From a virus (Duplodnaviria; Caudoviricetes), in IMG/VR virus record IMGVR_UViG_3300048996_000177, positions 1 to 60,625 of that record: a stretch of 60,625 nucleotides of DNA; one strand, 5' to 3'. Below the pieces are notes generated by a model. That model worked only from the letters and a program-made list of their open reading frames with translations, did no database searches and was not told the origin of the DNA. This document shows positions 8,967-19,164 of the stretch, piece after piece; the stretch's first letter is position 1; the number at the start of each line of letters is the position of its first letter. The translations under genes were made by a program, and so were the position numbers.

Positions 8967-10352
8967 ATGGCCGGGGTGTTTGATAAAGGCGCATATTTCG
9001 ACAAGATGAATTACCATCCACACCCCGGGCAGACCGAATTTCATAACTGCGTCAAGCGATTCCGTGTTGCACCCAATGGTCGTCGTTTCGGTAAGACGAT
9101 GATGGGTGCATACGAAGTCGAACCAACGGCATTCACCGTGTCGAAGCACATCACCGGTGGTGCGCAGATGGGATGGATTTGCGGTCCTCAATATTCTGAT
9201 GCGGAAAAAGAATTCAAGATCGTTTATGATGATTTCCGTAAGATTGGGATCGACAAAGAATCCATCAAATTCCAGAACAATGTCGACAATGGACAGATGA
9301 AAATCGTCACCAACTGGGGTTTTGAGCTGGTATGTAAATCGGCCAAGCACCCCGAAACATTGGTTGGTGACGGGCTTGATTTCGTGTTGATGGTCGAGGC
9401 CGGTCGACACAAAAGACGTACCTGGGCACAGTACATTCGCCCGACGTTGTCTGATAAAAAGGGTTGGGCAGCGTTTACCGGTGTGCCAGAAGGTAAATCG
9501 GAAAATTCGCTGTTGTATTCGCTGTTCAACCGGGGTCGTGACCCGAAGTTCCCATCATGGTGGAGTCAGAGGTTCCCCAGTTGGAGCAATACGGTCATTT
9601 TCCCGGGTGGACGGCAAGACCCGGAAATTGTTGAAGCTGCAGCCGATTTGACCGAAGATGAATTCAATCGCCAGTACGGCGCGCAGTTCGTCGATAAAGT
9701 CGGTGCGGTAATGCAGGAATGGGATGACGATATCCACCTGGGTACGTTTCCCTACAATCCCGCATGGCCTTTGTACATGGCGATTGACTATGGGTTCACC
9801 AACCCTTTCGTGGTGTTATTCATTCAGGTGGATGAATGGGGTCGCGTATACGTGATCAAAGAAGATCGGTGGACACAGGTTGATACCGTACAGGTCGCAC
9901 GAAATCTGTTGGAAATGTACCCGTCGTATGCATCACCGCTGATCTCGAAATGCGTTCGCATGTACCCGGATCCGGCAGAGCCGGACGACACGATGACCAT
10001 GTCAAACGCATTGAAGATTCCGGCGATGAAGAACACGGGCGGGGAATTGAAAACCCGACTGGCGTTAATCCGCCAGGCGTTGAAGACAAAACCCGAACAC
10101 GTCCCAGTGGGACACCCGGACAGACAACCCGGTTTGTTCATTGATCGATCGTGCGAAACGTTGGCCTGGGAAATGCGTGAAGGTTATCGATGGCCTGAAA
10201 CGCGATCCGAGGTCCGATCCGATTCAGAACACCCGATGGATAAAGATAACCACGGGACCGAAGCATTGGGGCGGTTCATGCGTGGTTATTTCGGCATCCC
10301 CGGAGAAACCATGACCCAGCGCCGGACACGACAGAGTAAGGGGTTGGGATGA
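8967..10352 (+). CDS. terL: Terminase large subunit
   Basis: PHPGQ Q-motif, Walker A-like GRRFGKT, LVGDGLD/VLMVE Walker B region, RNase H-like IDYGFTNP and DKDNHGTEALG. Confidence 0.93.
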   Translation: MAGVFDKGAYFDKMNYHPHPGQTEFHNCVKRFRVAPNGRRFGKTMMGAYEVEPTAFTVSKHITGGAQMGWICGPQYSDAEKEFKIVYDDFRKIGIDKESIKFQNNVDNGQMKIVTNWGFELVCKSAKHPETLVGDGLDFVLMVEAGRHKRRTWAQYIRPTLSDKKGWAAFTGVPEGKSENSLLYSLFNRGRDPKFPSWWSQRFPSWSNTVIFPGGRQDPEIVEAAADLTEDEFNRQYGAQFVDKVGAVMQEWDDDIHLGTFPYNPAWPLYMAIDYGFTNPFVVLFIQVDEWGRVYVIKEDRWTQVDTVQVARNLLEMYPSYASPLISKCVRMYPDPAEPDDTMTMSNALKIPAMKNTGGELKTRLALIRQALKTKPEHVPVGHPDRQPGLFIDRSCETLAWEMREGYRWPETRSEVRSDSEHPMDKDNHGTEALGRFMRGYFGIPGETMTQRRTRQSKGLG

Positions 10353-11863
10353 CCGCGCCGTTCACGCCGTATTCAACGCTGAAGCCGATGATGCCCGCGA
10401 CGTTACCGTCATGGGTGCCGGATGAACTGGACAAGCAACGCATCGTTTCGTACCAGTTGTACGAACAGATTTATTGGAACGTTCCCGAGACGTTCAAAAT
10501 GGTGGCACGTGGCACCGAAGACAAACCCATCTATTTGCCCACAGCCAAGACGATCATCGAGACGATGAACCGGTTCACGGCGACGGACATGTCGGTGCGG
10601 TGTGGAGCCACGTTGTTGGACCCGGCCATAGAGGCCGATCGGACCGCCTATCAGGAAATCTGGGACGGTTTATTCGCCCGTGAACGGTTTTGGTCCAAAT
10701 TCACATCGAACAAACGCTACGGGCTAATCAGGGGTGATTGGTTGTGGTACATCATCGCCGACCCGTTGAAGCCCGAAGGCACGCGGATTTCGATCCGCAC
10801 GCTGGATCCCGCATCGTATTTTCCGATCTGGGACCCCGACGACATTGACCGGATCATCGGATGCCACATCGTTGATCAGATTAACAACGAAAAAGGCGAT
10901 GCGATCATTCGCCGGACGACGTACATCAAGCCCGGTGTGGCCGGTCGGAACGACGGTCAATGGATCACGAAAGAAATCGCCGAATTCGAGGTTGATGACT
11001 GGGGTGGTCCGAAGTCCAAGCCATTGCGCCAACTTAGCCCACTGACGGAAATCCCGGGTATCTCCAATCTGCCGGTGTACCACATCAAGAATTTTGATGA
11101 ACCGGCCAACCCGTTCGGATCTTCCGAAATGCGTGGATATGAACGGATCATCGCGGCGTGCAACCAGGCCATTTCGGATGAAGAATTGGCATTGGCGTTG
11201 GAAGGTTTGGGCATGTATTGGACGGATGCTCCTCCTCCCACCGATGACGCGGGCAACATTCTGAATTGGAACCTGGGACCGGGTCGTATGACGGAACTTC
11301 CCCCGGGCCACACCATGAACCGGTTGTCCGGCGTGTCATCGGTGTCGTCATCCCAGGACCACATCGCTTTCCTGATTTCGCAATTGCGTCAGGGTTCGGC
11401 CACACCGGATGTCGCAGTGGGTTCGGTGGACGTGTCGATCGCTGAATCGGGGATTGCGCTGGCATTGAAGTTCGCGCCGATCATCGCGCACAGTGGTGAA
11501 AAAGATGTATCGATCAAAGAAGTAATGTCGCAGATGTTTTACGACATCCAGAATCAATGGTTGCCCGTGTTCGAGAGTGTCAGCATTACTGGTGTCAAAG
11601 TGGAACCGGTATTTGGTGACAAGATCCCCACTGACCGTGCGGCAACGTTTGCCGAGTTGCAAGCCATGTTCGATCGCAACATCATTTCTGCCGCGTATTA
11701 TCGGTCAGAGGCCGAAAAATTGGGGTACGTATTCCCCGAGAGTTTGGAAGGCGACATCACAAAGGAATTGGCTGCGCGTGCATTGGCGGCTGATCCATTC
11801 GGTGACCGATTGGCAAATGAAGGCGGAGGCGGTGTTGACGATGGCACAGGGGAAACCCAGTAA
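10349..11863 (+). CDS. Portal protein
   Basis: 504 aa directly after TerL; 'NPFGSSEM' and 'ESGIALALKFAP' resemble SPP1/actinophage portal motifs. Confidence 0.88.
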   Translation: MTAPFTPYSTLKPMMPATLPSWVPDELDKQRIVSYQLYEQIYWNVPETFKMVARGTEDKPIYLPTAKTIIETMNRFTATDMSVRCGATLLDPAIEADRTAYQEIWDGLFARERFWSKFTSNKRYGLIRGDWLWYIIADPLKPEGTRISIRTLDPASYFPIWDPDDIDRIIGCHIVDQINNEKGDAIIRRTTYIKPGVAGRNDGQWITKEIAEFEVDDWGGPKSKPLRQLSPLTEIPGISNLPVYHIKNFDEPANPFGSSEMRGYERIIAACNQAISDEELALALEGLGMYWTDAPPPTDDAGNILNWNLGPGRMTELPPGHTMNRLSGVSSVSSSQDHIAFLISQLRQGSATPDVAVGSVDVSIAESGIALALKFAPIIAHSGEKDVSIKEVMSQMFYDIQNQWLPVFESVSITGVKVEPVFGDKIPTDRAATFAELQAMFDRNIISAAYYRSEAEKLGYVFPESLEGDITKELAARALAADPFGDRLANEGGGGVDDGTGETQ

Positions 11864-11915
11864 GGGAACGCCGAAGGACAAGCGTTTGAAGCGCAATAAG
11901 CGGGGTAAGAAGTAA
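11841..11915 (+). CDS. Tiny basic peptide (MAQGKPSKGTPKDKRLKRNKRGKK)
   Basis: GGAGG/GGTG upstream; TAATG coupling to the next ORF. Confidence 0.5.
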   Translation: MAQGKPSKGTPKDKRLKRNKRGKK

Positions 11916-12034
11916 TGGCACGCGCAGTAGCGGCGACGGGTAAACGGCTTCCGTCGTCCAAAGCCAAGCCCCGATGGGATTCGTCGAACGCGTTTATCAA
12001 CCCGGGCCGCCCGATCCCACGTAAGCCATATTGA
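11915..12034 (+). CDS. Small basic peptide (39 aa)
   Basis: TAATG start and TGATG end couple it to both neighbours; absent from the track because of size. Confidence 0.5.
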   Translation: MARAVAATGKRLPSSKAKPRWDSSNAFINPGRPIPRKPY

Positions 12035-12957
12035 TGGGACGCCGTATTCTGTCGGCCGCAACGAAAGCGAAAATCTCCGCATCGTTGAAAGGCAATAAGA
12101 ACGCGTACAGCGGTGGTCCCAAACGGGTCAACAAACCCCGGAAGCCGTTGTCCACACGGCAAAAGGTCGCGAATATCAACGCAGCGGCCAAGAAAAAGAA
12201 AATGACGTTGTCGCCCGACCAGATCGAGCGCCGACGAAAAGTCGCGCAGCGATTGCGTGGCATCGCCCGACAGGAAGAAGCGGGAATTTCCCCCGCCCAT
12301 TCCAAGCCCATTCCGAAACCGAATCGTCCAGATCCGGCGGATACCGAACGCGAGGAAATTCGTGTTCGTGTCCGGGGTCAGATTAAGGGCGCGACGGTAA
12401 AGAACAACAAGGGTCCCATGCATCTGGGGTCCGGGGATCAGTTCAACAACGGCGTCAAACAGCCCAAGTCCGGCACCAATTCGAAAGCCAAGAAGGTGGC
12501 CAAGAACAATTCGGGTAATACCGTGGTCGTCGGCAACAAGAATGGATCGACAACGGTTATCCACACCGACGCAAATACAACGGTGATCGTTAACCGGAGT
12601 AAGTCGGCCACGGTGGCTAAACCCAAAACCACGACTGGTGAAACCAGCGCCCAGTGGCGTCAACGGAATCCCGAGGTGGTAAGCGCGGCAGAACAGAAAG
12701 CCGCATCCCGGGCGAAGCCCCCGGCCGACCCGTTGGCCAAGCATGGCAATCCGAAGCCATTGCCCACGGCAAGTGCATTGCGGTCATTGAGCACTGATGA
12801 TTTGCAAGACCGGATTGCCAAGTCGACCAATGCATCGGAAACCAAGAAGTTGGTTAACGAGTTTAACCTTCGGATGGGCATCACGTACGAACCGATGAAA
12901 CGCCGTCCTCCACGGAATGCAACGAAGATTCCGAAGAAGCGGCGCACGACAAACTGA
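12034..12957 (+). CDS. Highly basic K/R-rich protein in the head module
   Basis: 307 aa; N-terminal 'SAATKAKISASLKG' resembles the NUMOD3 DNA-binding motif. Confidence 0.7.
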   Translation: MGRRILSAATKAKISASLKGNKNAYSGGPKRVNKPRKPLSTRQKVANINAAAKKKKMTLSPDQIERRRKVAQRLRGIARQEEAGISPAHSKPIPKPNRPDPADTEREEIRVRVRGQIKGATVKNNKGPMHLGSGDQFNNGVKQPKSGTNSKAKKVAKNNSGNTVVVGNKNGSTTVIHTDANTTVIVNRSKSATVAKPKTTTGETSAQWRQRNPEVVSAAEQKAASRAKPPADPLAKHGNPKPLPTASALRSLSTDDLQDRIAKSTNASETKKLVNEFNLRMGITYEPMKRRPPRNATKIPKKRRTTN

Positions 12958-12970
12958 TCGGGGGTGTGGA

Positions 12971-13855
12971 ATGGCGGCTGAACCTGATCGTGATCCGTTG
13001 ATCAAATACGTGGCATTGCAAGTCAAGATGGATGCGCGTATGCGACGACTGTTGGTGGAAGCAGCCATTACCACAGCCCGGAAAATCATCAAACTGGGTT
13101 CCACACCCGGGGTTGGTGCGCGGACGCGTGAAGCCCAGTTGGCGATGTATTTGCAGTATTTGAAAGAGGACCAGGAAGAATTGTGGACCAACACAATTCA
13201 GCCATTGATCGAATCGTATTTTCCAAAGGCGAACGCAACCGCAGAATCGGCCGCCGAATACATCGATCAGGTGTTACGGTCGGCAGTTGGAGAGAAAACG
13301 GCGGCGGGGCTGTTGGAAGGCATCCGGGTCCAAGCAAAAATAGCATCGCAGTTCGACATGGATTCACGCGTCCAACGGTTATCCGGGCGGGTGTGGAAGA
13401 ACGCGGCAATCAACACCGCGAGAATCCAGAGAATCGTACAGAAACATTTGATCACCGGAACGGTGGATCCACGCGAGTTGGCGAACGATGTCAAGCGGTT
13501 CATCGATCCCGGTACCCCTGGCGGCGTGTCATACGCGGCAATGCGTCTGGCACGTACGGAAATCAACGGGGCATTTCATGACCGGCAACGGACCATCGCG
13601 GAAGAACGTCCGTGGGTTAAGGCGGTCAAATGGAACCTGTCCAAATCCCATCCCACACCGGACATCTGTGATCAATACGCACGTGATCATAGCCCGGGGT
13701 TCAACCGGGGTGAGTACATCCCGGAAGAAATGCCGGATAAACCCCATCCACAGTGTTTGTGTTGGCAGACATACGTGTTGCCATCGGACCGCGCGATGGT
13801 GGACATATTCCGGGCGCAACTTGGAAAGGCCCCATTGGTCCGAAAGGCGGCGTGA
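12971..13855 (+). CDS. MuF-like minor head / capsid maturation protein
   Basis: RLARTEINGA, KWNLSKSHP..DICD and PHPQCLC motifs typical of Mu gpF-like proteins. Confidence 0.8.
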   Translation: MAAEPDRDPLIKYVALQVKMDARMRRLLVEAAITTARKIIKLGSTPGVGARTREAQLAMYLQYLKEDQEELWTNTIQPLIESYFPKANATAESAAEYIDQVLRSAVGEKTAAGLLEGIRVQAKIASQFDMDSRVQRLSGRVWKNAAINTARIQRIVQKHLITGTVDPRELANDVKRFIDPGTPGGVSYAAMRLARTEINGAFHDRQRTIAEERPWVKAVKWNLSKSHPTPDICDQYARDHSPGFNRGEYIPEEMPDKPHPQCLCWQTYVLPSDRAMVDIFRAQLGKAPLVRKAA

Positions 13856-14040
13856 TGGTCAGTTCGAAAGGTGGCAAGGCCGGGTTCGTTTACAAGAACC
13901 GACAAGATGTATACCGCGCGTTGCGACGTGAAGGTAAATCGAAAACCGTCGCTGCGAAAATCGCGAATGCAGGACACACCAAAATGGGACGCAAGAATAT
14001 GGCCAAAAAGGCCGCGCGTACCCGGAAGATCAAGCGGTAA
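13855..14040 (+). CDS. Small basic protein (YRALRREGKSKTVAAKIANA; DUF7218-like)
   Basis: TGATG coupling; motif resembles the 'YEALRRxGxSKxKAARIANA' family. Confidence 0.65.
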   Translation: MVSSKGGKAGFVYKNRQDVYRALRREGKSKTVAAKIANAGHTKMGRKNMAKKAARTRKIKR

Positions 14041-14080
14041 TCCCCAGCGGGGAACTGGCCAGAGGCCACAACGAAAGGGC

Positions 14081-14734
14081 ATGACGATGGGCGACACGCA
14101 GGATAACAACGGGACCGGCGGAGACGGCGGTACGGGAACTGGTGATAACGGGGGTTCCACGGGTACCGCCGATACCACCAAGACCGGCGACACGGGCACA
14201 CAGGGCACCGGAAATGGCACGGATTCGACCGGTACCGCCGATGCCGTTTCCCGGGCCGACTACGACGCGTTGATGAAGCGTATGCAGGCCGCTGATCGTC
14301 GTGCGCAAGCCGAGGAAAACGCCCGAAAGGCGTTGGAGGACAAGGACAAGTCGGAAGCGGAATTGGCCAAGCAACGGGCCGCCGAAGCGGAAACCAAGCT
14401 CGCGGAAATGGCCCAGGATCGCAAGAACGACAAGTTGTTGAACGCGTTCCTGTCCGACACTTCTGTCGGGTGGCACAATTCCACTGACGCATTCAATCTT
14501 CTCCGCACTTCGTTCATGGATGGTGTGGAGGTGGACGACGCGGGTGTTGTCACGGGACTGGGACCGGCGATCAAGAAGTTGGCCAAGGATCGTGAATACC
14601 TCGTCAAACCCGCCGGAACGTCGGAGGCGACCGGCAACGCCCAGAACGGGAACCGCAAGGGCTCGGATGGGAAAGACACGCAAAAGGATAAAGAGGAAAT
14701 GCAGAAGCGTTTCCCCGCTGCATTCGGATTCTGA
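14081..14734 (+). CDS. Capsid scaffolding protein
   Basis: G/T/D-rich N-terminus, coiled coil, upstream of the capsid genes; GAAAGG RBS. Confidence 0.8.
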   Translation: MTMGDTQDNNGTGGDGGTGTGDNGGSTGTADTTKTGDTGTQGTGNGTDSTGTADAVSRADYDALMKRMQAADRRAQAEENARKALEDKDKSEAELAKQRAAEAETKLAEMAQDRKNDKLLNAFLSDTSVGWHNSTDAFNLLRTSFMDGVEVDDAGVVTGLGPAIKKLAKDREYLVKPAGTSEATGNAQNGNRKGSDGKDTQKDKEEMQKRFPAAFGF

Positions 14735-14767
14735 CCGTTTACGGTCGCCTTCGGAAAGGAAAAGTGA

Positions 14768-15217
14768 ATGACCCGTATTGACAAGGTCGAACCGGGAGCG
14801 GGCAATTTCCGCGCACCGATCGACGTCAACTTCGCGTACACGGCGAACCTGCCGGACATGGCACACGCGGATCTGAACAAAATGATCTGTGTGTCGCTCA
14901 ACGCCAACGGCCGTGTGGTTCGGACCACTCCGCTGGCATCGCCCACTGGGCTCGTCGGCGTGATTTGCCTCGGGGAGCCGGTCAAGGCCGGTTTTGTCGT
15001 GGATGTCATGCAGACGGCGGAGTTGGTGGAATTCACCCTGTTCGGGGGCGGGGCTGCGGCATCCGGTACCCCGTACTTCTCCAACGCGGACGGTGCCGGT
15101 GGCTATTCGCCCGGCCTCACTCCCGGTGCGACCATCGCGCGACTCGGCCACACGGTCGAAGCGACGCGGTTCATCCTTCGTCTCAACGCGGGCCTCGGCG
15201 CTCGCGCTGCGGCGTAA
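14768..15217 (+). CDS. Head decoration / capsid cement protein
   Basis: 149 aa between scaffold and major capsid; GAAAGGA RBS. Confidence 0.65.
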   Translation: MTRIDKVEPGAGNFRAPIDVNFAYTANLPDMAHADLNKMICVSLNANGRVVRTTPLASPTGLVGVICLGEPVKAGFVVDVMQTAELVEFTLFGGGAAASGTPYFSNADGAGGYSPGLTPGATIARLGHTVEATRFILRLNAGLGARAAA

Positions 15218-15242
15218 TCGATACAGGAAGGGAGGATAGGCA

Positions 15243-16379
15243 ATGGGACAGGGATTCAATCAGCACGGCGATATCCTGGATCGTACCAAGGATGGCCGTG
15301 AACTCAACGGTCTGTGGGCGGATTACCAGGCGGTGCTCGCGGATTACAACGCGCAGCGTCAGACGTTGGTCAACTTCCTCACCGTTCCCGTGACGGAGCC
15401 GATTGTTTCGGTTCCGATCATCGGCAAGGGCGGGTCGTTCGAAAAGGCGTCGGAGTACGGTGTTCCGAAGGGAATCCGGCCGGGCGTCAACTTCTACGAC
15501 ATGGGAATGCCGTTCGAATGGTTCGACCTGGCCGCGCGTTTCACGTGGATGTTCCTCGCGGACGCGAACCAGGCCCAGGTCGACGCGGTACAGAATGCCG
15601 CGATCGAAGCGGATTCTCAGCTGCTGTTCAACAACGTCATGCAGCGGGTTTTTGACCCGACGAACAGCCCGGCCCTCATTTCCGGCAACCCGTACACCGT
15701 GTACGGATTCTGGAATGCGGACGGGACCGTTCCTCCGCCGTACCGCACGTCGACGTTCCTGGGATCCCACACCCACTACACGACGACCAATGGTGCGACG
15801 TTGGAAGCGTCGGATCTCGATGATCTGATCGAGAACGTCACGGAGCACGGGTACACCAAGGCGTTGGGGTACCGGATCGTCGTCATGATCAACAAGGCCC
15901 AGGCGCCGGTCATCCGATCCTTCCGCTCCGCTGCGTCGAACACCGTGCCCGGTACCGTGGATGCCACGCACGCGGACTGGGACTTCATTCCGGCCCAGGG
16001 TACGAACTCCACGCTGATGCCGCGTGAAGTGGTGTTGCTCGGTGGTCAGCCCGCACCGACGCTCAATGGGTTGACGATCATCGGTTCGTACGGTGACGCG
16101 CTGATCGCCCAGGACGATTACATTCCGGCGGGATATCTGTTCTGTTTCGCCACGGGTGGACCGGCCAACCTGCAAAACCCGATCGGTATCCGCCAGCACA
16201 GCAATCCTGCGTTGCAGGGCATGCGGTTGGTCAAGGGCCCGAACCCGGATTACCCGCTGATCGATTCGTACTACATCCGGGGCTTCGGTCTCGGTGTTCG
16301 TCAGCGTGGTGCGGCTGCGGTCATGCAGGTCGTCGTCGGTACCACGTACACTCCGCCCGCCGATTACGTCGCGATCTGA
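15243..16379 (+). CDS. Major capsid protein
   Basis: 378 aa, GGGAGGA RBS, strongly GC3-biased codons, position after the scaffold. Confidence 0.85.
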   Translation: MGQGFNQHGDILDRTKDGRELNGLWADYQAVLADYNAQRQTLVNFLTVPVTEPIVSVPIIGKGGSFEKASEYGVPKGIRPGVNFYDMGMPFEWFDLAARFTWMFLADANQAQVDAVQNAAIEADSQLLFNNVMQRVFDPTNSPALISGNPYTVYGFWNADGTVPPPYRTSTFLGSHTHYTTTNGATLEASDLDDLIENVTEHGYTKALGYRIVVMINKAQAPVIRSFRSAASNTVPGTVDATHADWDFIPAQGTNSTLMPREVVLLGGQPAPTLNGLTIIGSYGDALIAQDDYIPAGYLFCFATGGPANLQNPIGIRQHSNPALQGMRLVKGPNPDYPLIDSYYIRGFGLGVRQRGAAAVMQVVVGTTYTPPADYVAI

Positions 16380-16395
16380 TAAGGAGGTATGAATT

Positions 16396-16806
16396 ATGGC
16401 CGAAGGCGAATTCTGGAAAGGCCACGAACTCACCACTCCGATCAGTGACGAACTTCGTGCGGAACTGACGGCCCGGTCGAAGGATACATTGATCCAACGA
16501 CTGGACAAGGAAGCGGCCAACAAGGCGCACCGGGAATCGTTGCTGTCGCAGGAATCCGACGACGACGACACTGGTGACGGGGTCGAGTCCGAAGAGGACA
16601 CCGACGAGGGCGAAGAGGAAACCGAGGAAGTCCCGTACGACAAGTGGACCAACGCGGAACTCATCGCCGAAATCGACGACCGCAACGAATCCCGTGTGGA
16701 GGCGGGTCTCGAACCGCTTCCGAACAAGGGGAAAAAGCCCGAGCTGGTCGCGACGTTGGAAGCGGATGACGCCGAAGACGACGACGAGTCGGAAGAAAAC
16801 GAGTAA
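16396..16806 (+). CDS. Acidic protein with HeH/SAP-like motif
   Basis: YDKWTNAELIAEID...GKKPELVATLEADD; AAGGAGGT RBS. Confidence 0.75.
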   Translation: MAEGEFWKGHELTTPISDELRAELTARSKDTLIQRLDKEAANKAHRESLLSQESDDDDTGDGVESEEDTDEGEEETEEVPYDKWTNAELIAEIDDRNESRVEAGLEPLPNKGKKPELVATLEADDAEDDDESEENE

Positions 16807-16821
16807 CACCCCATGATGCGA

Positions 16822-16884
16822 TTGGGGGGTCTGATTGTGTCTGTGCCGTTCCCCGACCGGTATTGCCACATGACGACCCCCCGA
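16822..16884 (+). terminator. Extended stem-loop downstream of the capsid genes
   Basis: TTGGGGGGTC...GACCCCCCGA outer stem with inner TGTG/CACA and GTGCCG/CGGTAT pairs. Confidence 0.45.
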
Positions 16885-16915
16885 CCGTGTTTACAGCCCC
16901 CATTGGAGCGTTCAG

Positions 16916-18076
16916 ATGATTGGTTTGTACGGTCCCGAAACCATCCAATGGGCCACGGGTGGAATCGGACGATTCATGCTGTGCCATGTGTATCTGCCCG
17001 GTACATCGACACACGCCCAACTGTTCGCGGATCCCAACGGGCTCGAACCGATCGAAAATCCCATTTCGTCTGATCAATACGGACGACTGACTTTTTACGC
17101 CACGCTCGGAACATACGACTTGGCCATCGGTGTGGCATCGATGGAAATCGATATCACCACCGTGTCTGGCGGGGGGATCACAACACTAAACGAGTTGGAC
17201 GACGTCATCACGACCGGGGCCACAAACGGTCAGGTGTTGTCCTTCCGGTTGTCGGACGGAAAGTGGGTCCCGGCAACGGTTTCTGGTGGTGGCGGGTCGG
17301 TATCGTGGACGGACATCCTTGACAAGCCTACCGTGTTCACACCCGCAACCCACACCCACGTGACGACCGACATCACGGGATTCCAGGCGGCAGTCGACGC
17401 ACGTGTGCAGTTGATTGTGGATACGGCACCGGCGGCACTCGACACGTTGAACGAACTGGCAGCGGCTATCGGTGATGATGCGAACTTCGCGGGAACGGTC
17501 ACCACGGCGCTGGCGGGCAAACAAGCCGCCGGTGATTACGCTACGAACACCGCGTTGACCAACGGGCTGGCAACCAAACAGCCGACTGGATCATATGCCA
17601 CAACCGGGCAGTTGGCCGCAAAAGCGAATGTCCCGATCATCCGCGATGCGTACGTGACCAATTTCGCAGAAACGCTGATCCCGGATACCGGTGGGGTGTG
17701 GACGATCTTCGCCGGATTCCCGACGTTGTCCATTCCTGCGGCTGTCGGCGATTCCATTATGTTCGATTTCTCCGGCCTGAAAAAGGATCCGGGGTCGGTA
17801 TTGGATGTTGCTCTGGTATCCGGTGGAGTGATCAAGAAGTATGTGTCATCCGGGTCGGCAACACCCGCGTTTGACGGAGATGTGGGTTGGGCCAGTGCAA
17901 CATATCTGGGTAAATCATCGGCTCACCGAATCCTAATCGGTGGGGGTGACCTCGACGGCGGCAATGCGGTGTTTGCGTTGGTATCAAAGCTTTCCCCGTT
18001 AAACGCGGGGACGATCCAAGGCACAATCAACTACCCGTTCTATTGGGTGGCAACGAATCTGGGGGTGGTCGGGTAA
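16916..18076 (+). CDS. Fibre-like virion protein (head or tail fibre)
   Basis: Fibre motifs WTDILDKPTVFTPATHTH and APAALDTLNELAAAIGDDANFA. Confidence 0.7.
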   Translation: MIGLYGPETIQWATGGIGRFMLCHVYLPGTSTHAQLFADPNGLEPIENPISSDQYGRLTFYATLGTYDLAIGVASMEIDITTVSGGGITTLNELDDVITTGATNGQVLSFRLSDGKWVPATVSGGGGSVSWTDILDKPTVFTPATHTHVTTDITGFQAAVDARVQLIVDTAPAALDTLNELAAAIGDDANFAGTVTTALAGKQAAGDYATNTALTNGLATKQPTGSYATTGQLAAKANVPIIRDAYVTNFAETLIPDTGGVWTIFAGFPTLSIPAAVGDSIMFDFSGLKKDPGSVLDVALVSGGVIKKYVSSGSATPAFDGDVGWASATYLGKSSAHRILIGGGDLDGGNAVFALVSKLSPLNAGTIQGTINYPFYWVATNLGVVG

Positions 18077-18387
18077 TGGCAACGCAAGCCGAAATCGACA
18101 CACTCCGCGCGTTGGTGCCGGAAACGGAATTGAGTGACACCGAACTTGGGTTGATTCTTGACGCGTCGGATTGCCTCAACCAAGCCGCCGGTAAGTTGTG
18201 GGGTCAATTGGCCGGTGGGTACGCCGGGCTGGTCAATATCAGCGAGGCGGGTTCGTCGCGGTCAATGGGCGACTTGCATAAAAACGCCTTGTCCATGTCG
18301 TCGTATTACTTCGGACTCGGATGCCCGGGTGTGGACCCCACACCGAATACGGGCCGTACCCAGACTCGGGCGATTGAGAGGTTGTAA
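18076..18387 (+). CDS. Head-to-tail adaptor
   Basis: 'LVNISEAGSSRSMGDLHKNAL' motif; position. Confidence 0.7.
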   Translation: MATQAEIDTLRALVPETELSDTELGLILDASDCLNQAAGKLWGQLAGGYAGLVNISEAGSSRSMGDLHKNALSMSSYYFGLGCPGVDPTPNTGRTQTRAIERL

Positions 18388-18803
18388 TGCCGATCATCCC
18401 CGACCCGGATCCGATTGACGCCGGAATCGAACGGGCCCGTCAAGTTGAATTGCGATTTCAGCGGTTTAACACCAAGTCGTTCATCGCGTGGCATCCGACC
18501 GATATCCGACTAATCCCCCGTACAGCGGTGAAAACCGGGTCTGGTACAAAGTGGACGGACGGGCCACCTCGTCCCCTGCAAAGGTTCCGATTGATCCCAC
18601 AGTCCGAAACCACACCGCCGTTTGCGTTGGAAGATGGGACCGAACGCGTCATTTCGTTTGTCCTGTTGGGATTGTTCGACGCGGAGATGTTCGTCCATGA
18701 CTACTGGCGGGATTCGATGGGGTTCCGGTATGAAATCCTGAATGTCACAGCCGAAAATGGTTATGAGACAAAGGGATTGATCGAAAAACACGGGGCGGTG
18801 TGA
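18387..18803 (+). CDS. Head-to-tail stopper
   Basis: Position and beta-rich 138-aa sequence. Confidence 0.65.
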   Translation: MPIIPDPDPIDAGIERARQVELRFQRFNTKSFIAWHPTDIRLIPRTAVKTGSGTKWTDGPPRPLQRFRLIPQSETTPPFALEDGTERVISFVLLGLFDAEMFVHDYWRDSMGFRYEILNVTAENGYETKGLIEKHGAV

Positions 18804-19150
18804 TGGCACGCCGGGTGATCATCTCGGATACCATCAGTCCACACCTGGCGGTGTTTGATGAACAGATCATGGGCGTAGTTGAACAGATATTCCAGTATTT
18901 CGAATCCGTGTCGGAAACCGAAATGAAGACCGGAGCACGGTGGACCGACCGGACTGGTGTGGCCCGATCGGGACTTGTGTCCACATCGGATCGGTCTGGC
19001 AACGAATTCACGTTGCATTTCGCTTCGATGGCGTCGTATGGGATTTGGCTGGAAATTCGGTGGTCGGGTAAATACGCCATCGTCGGTCCGGTTATGTCCC
19101 AGATCGGACCCCGGTTGGCCCAGATGATCGCCGAGACGGCATTGCCGTAG
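18803..19150 (+). CDS. Neck / tail completion protein (HK97 gp10-like)
   Basis: 'ARWTDRTGVARSGL...YGIWLE...GKYAI' motif. Confidence 0.75.
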   Translation: MARRVIISDTISPHLAVFDEQIMGVVEQIFQYFESVSETEMKTGARWTDRTGVARSGLVSTSDRSGNEFTLHFASMASYGIWLEIRWSGKYAIVGPVMSQIGPRLAQMIAETALP

Positions 19151-19164
19151 GAATGGGGGTGGCC

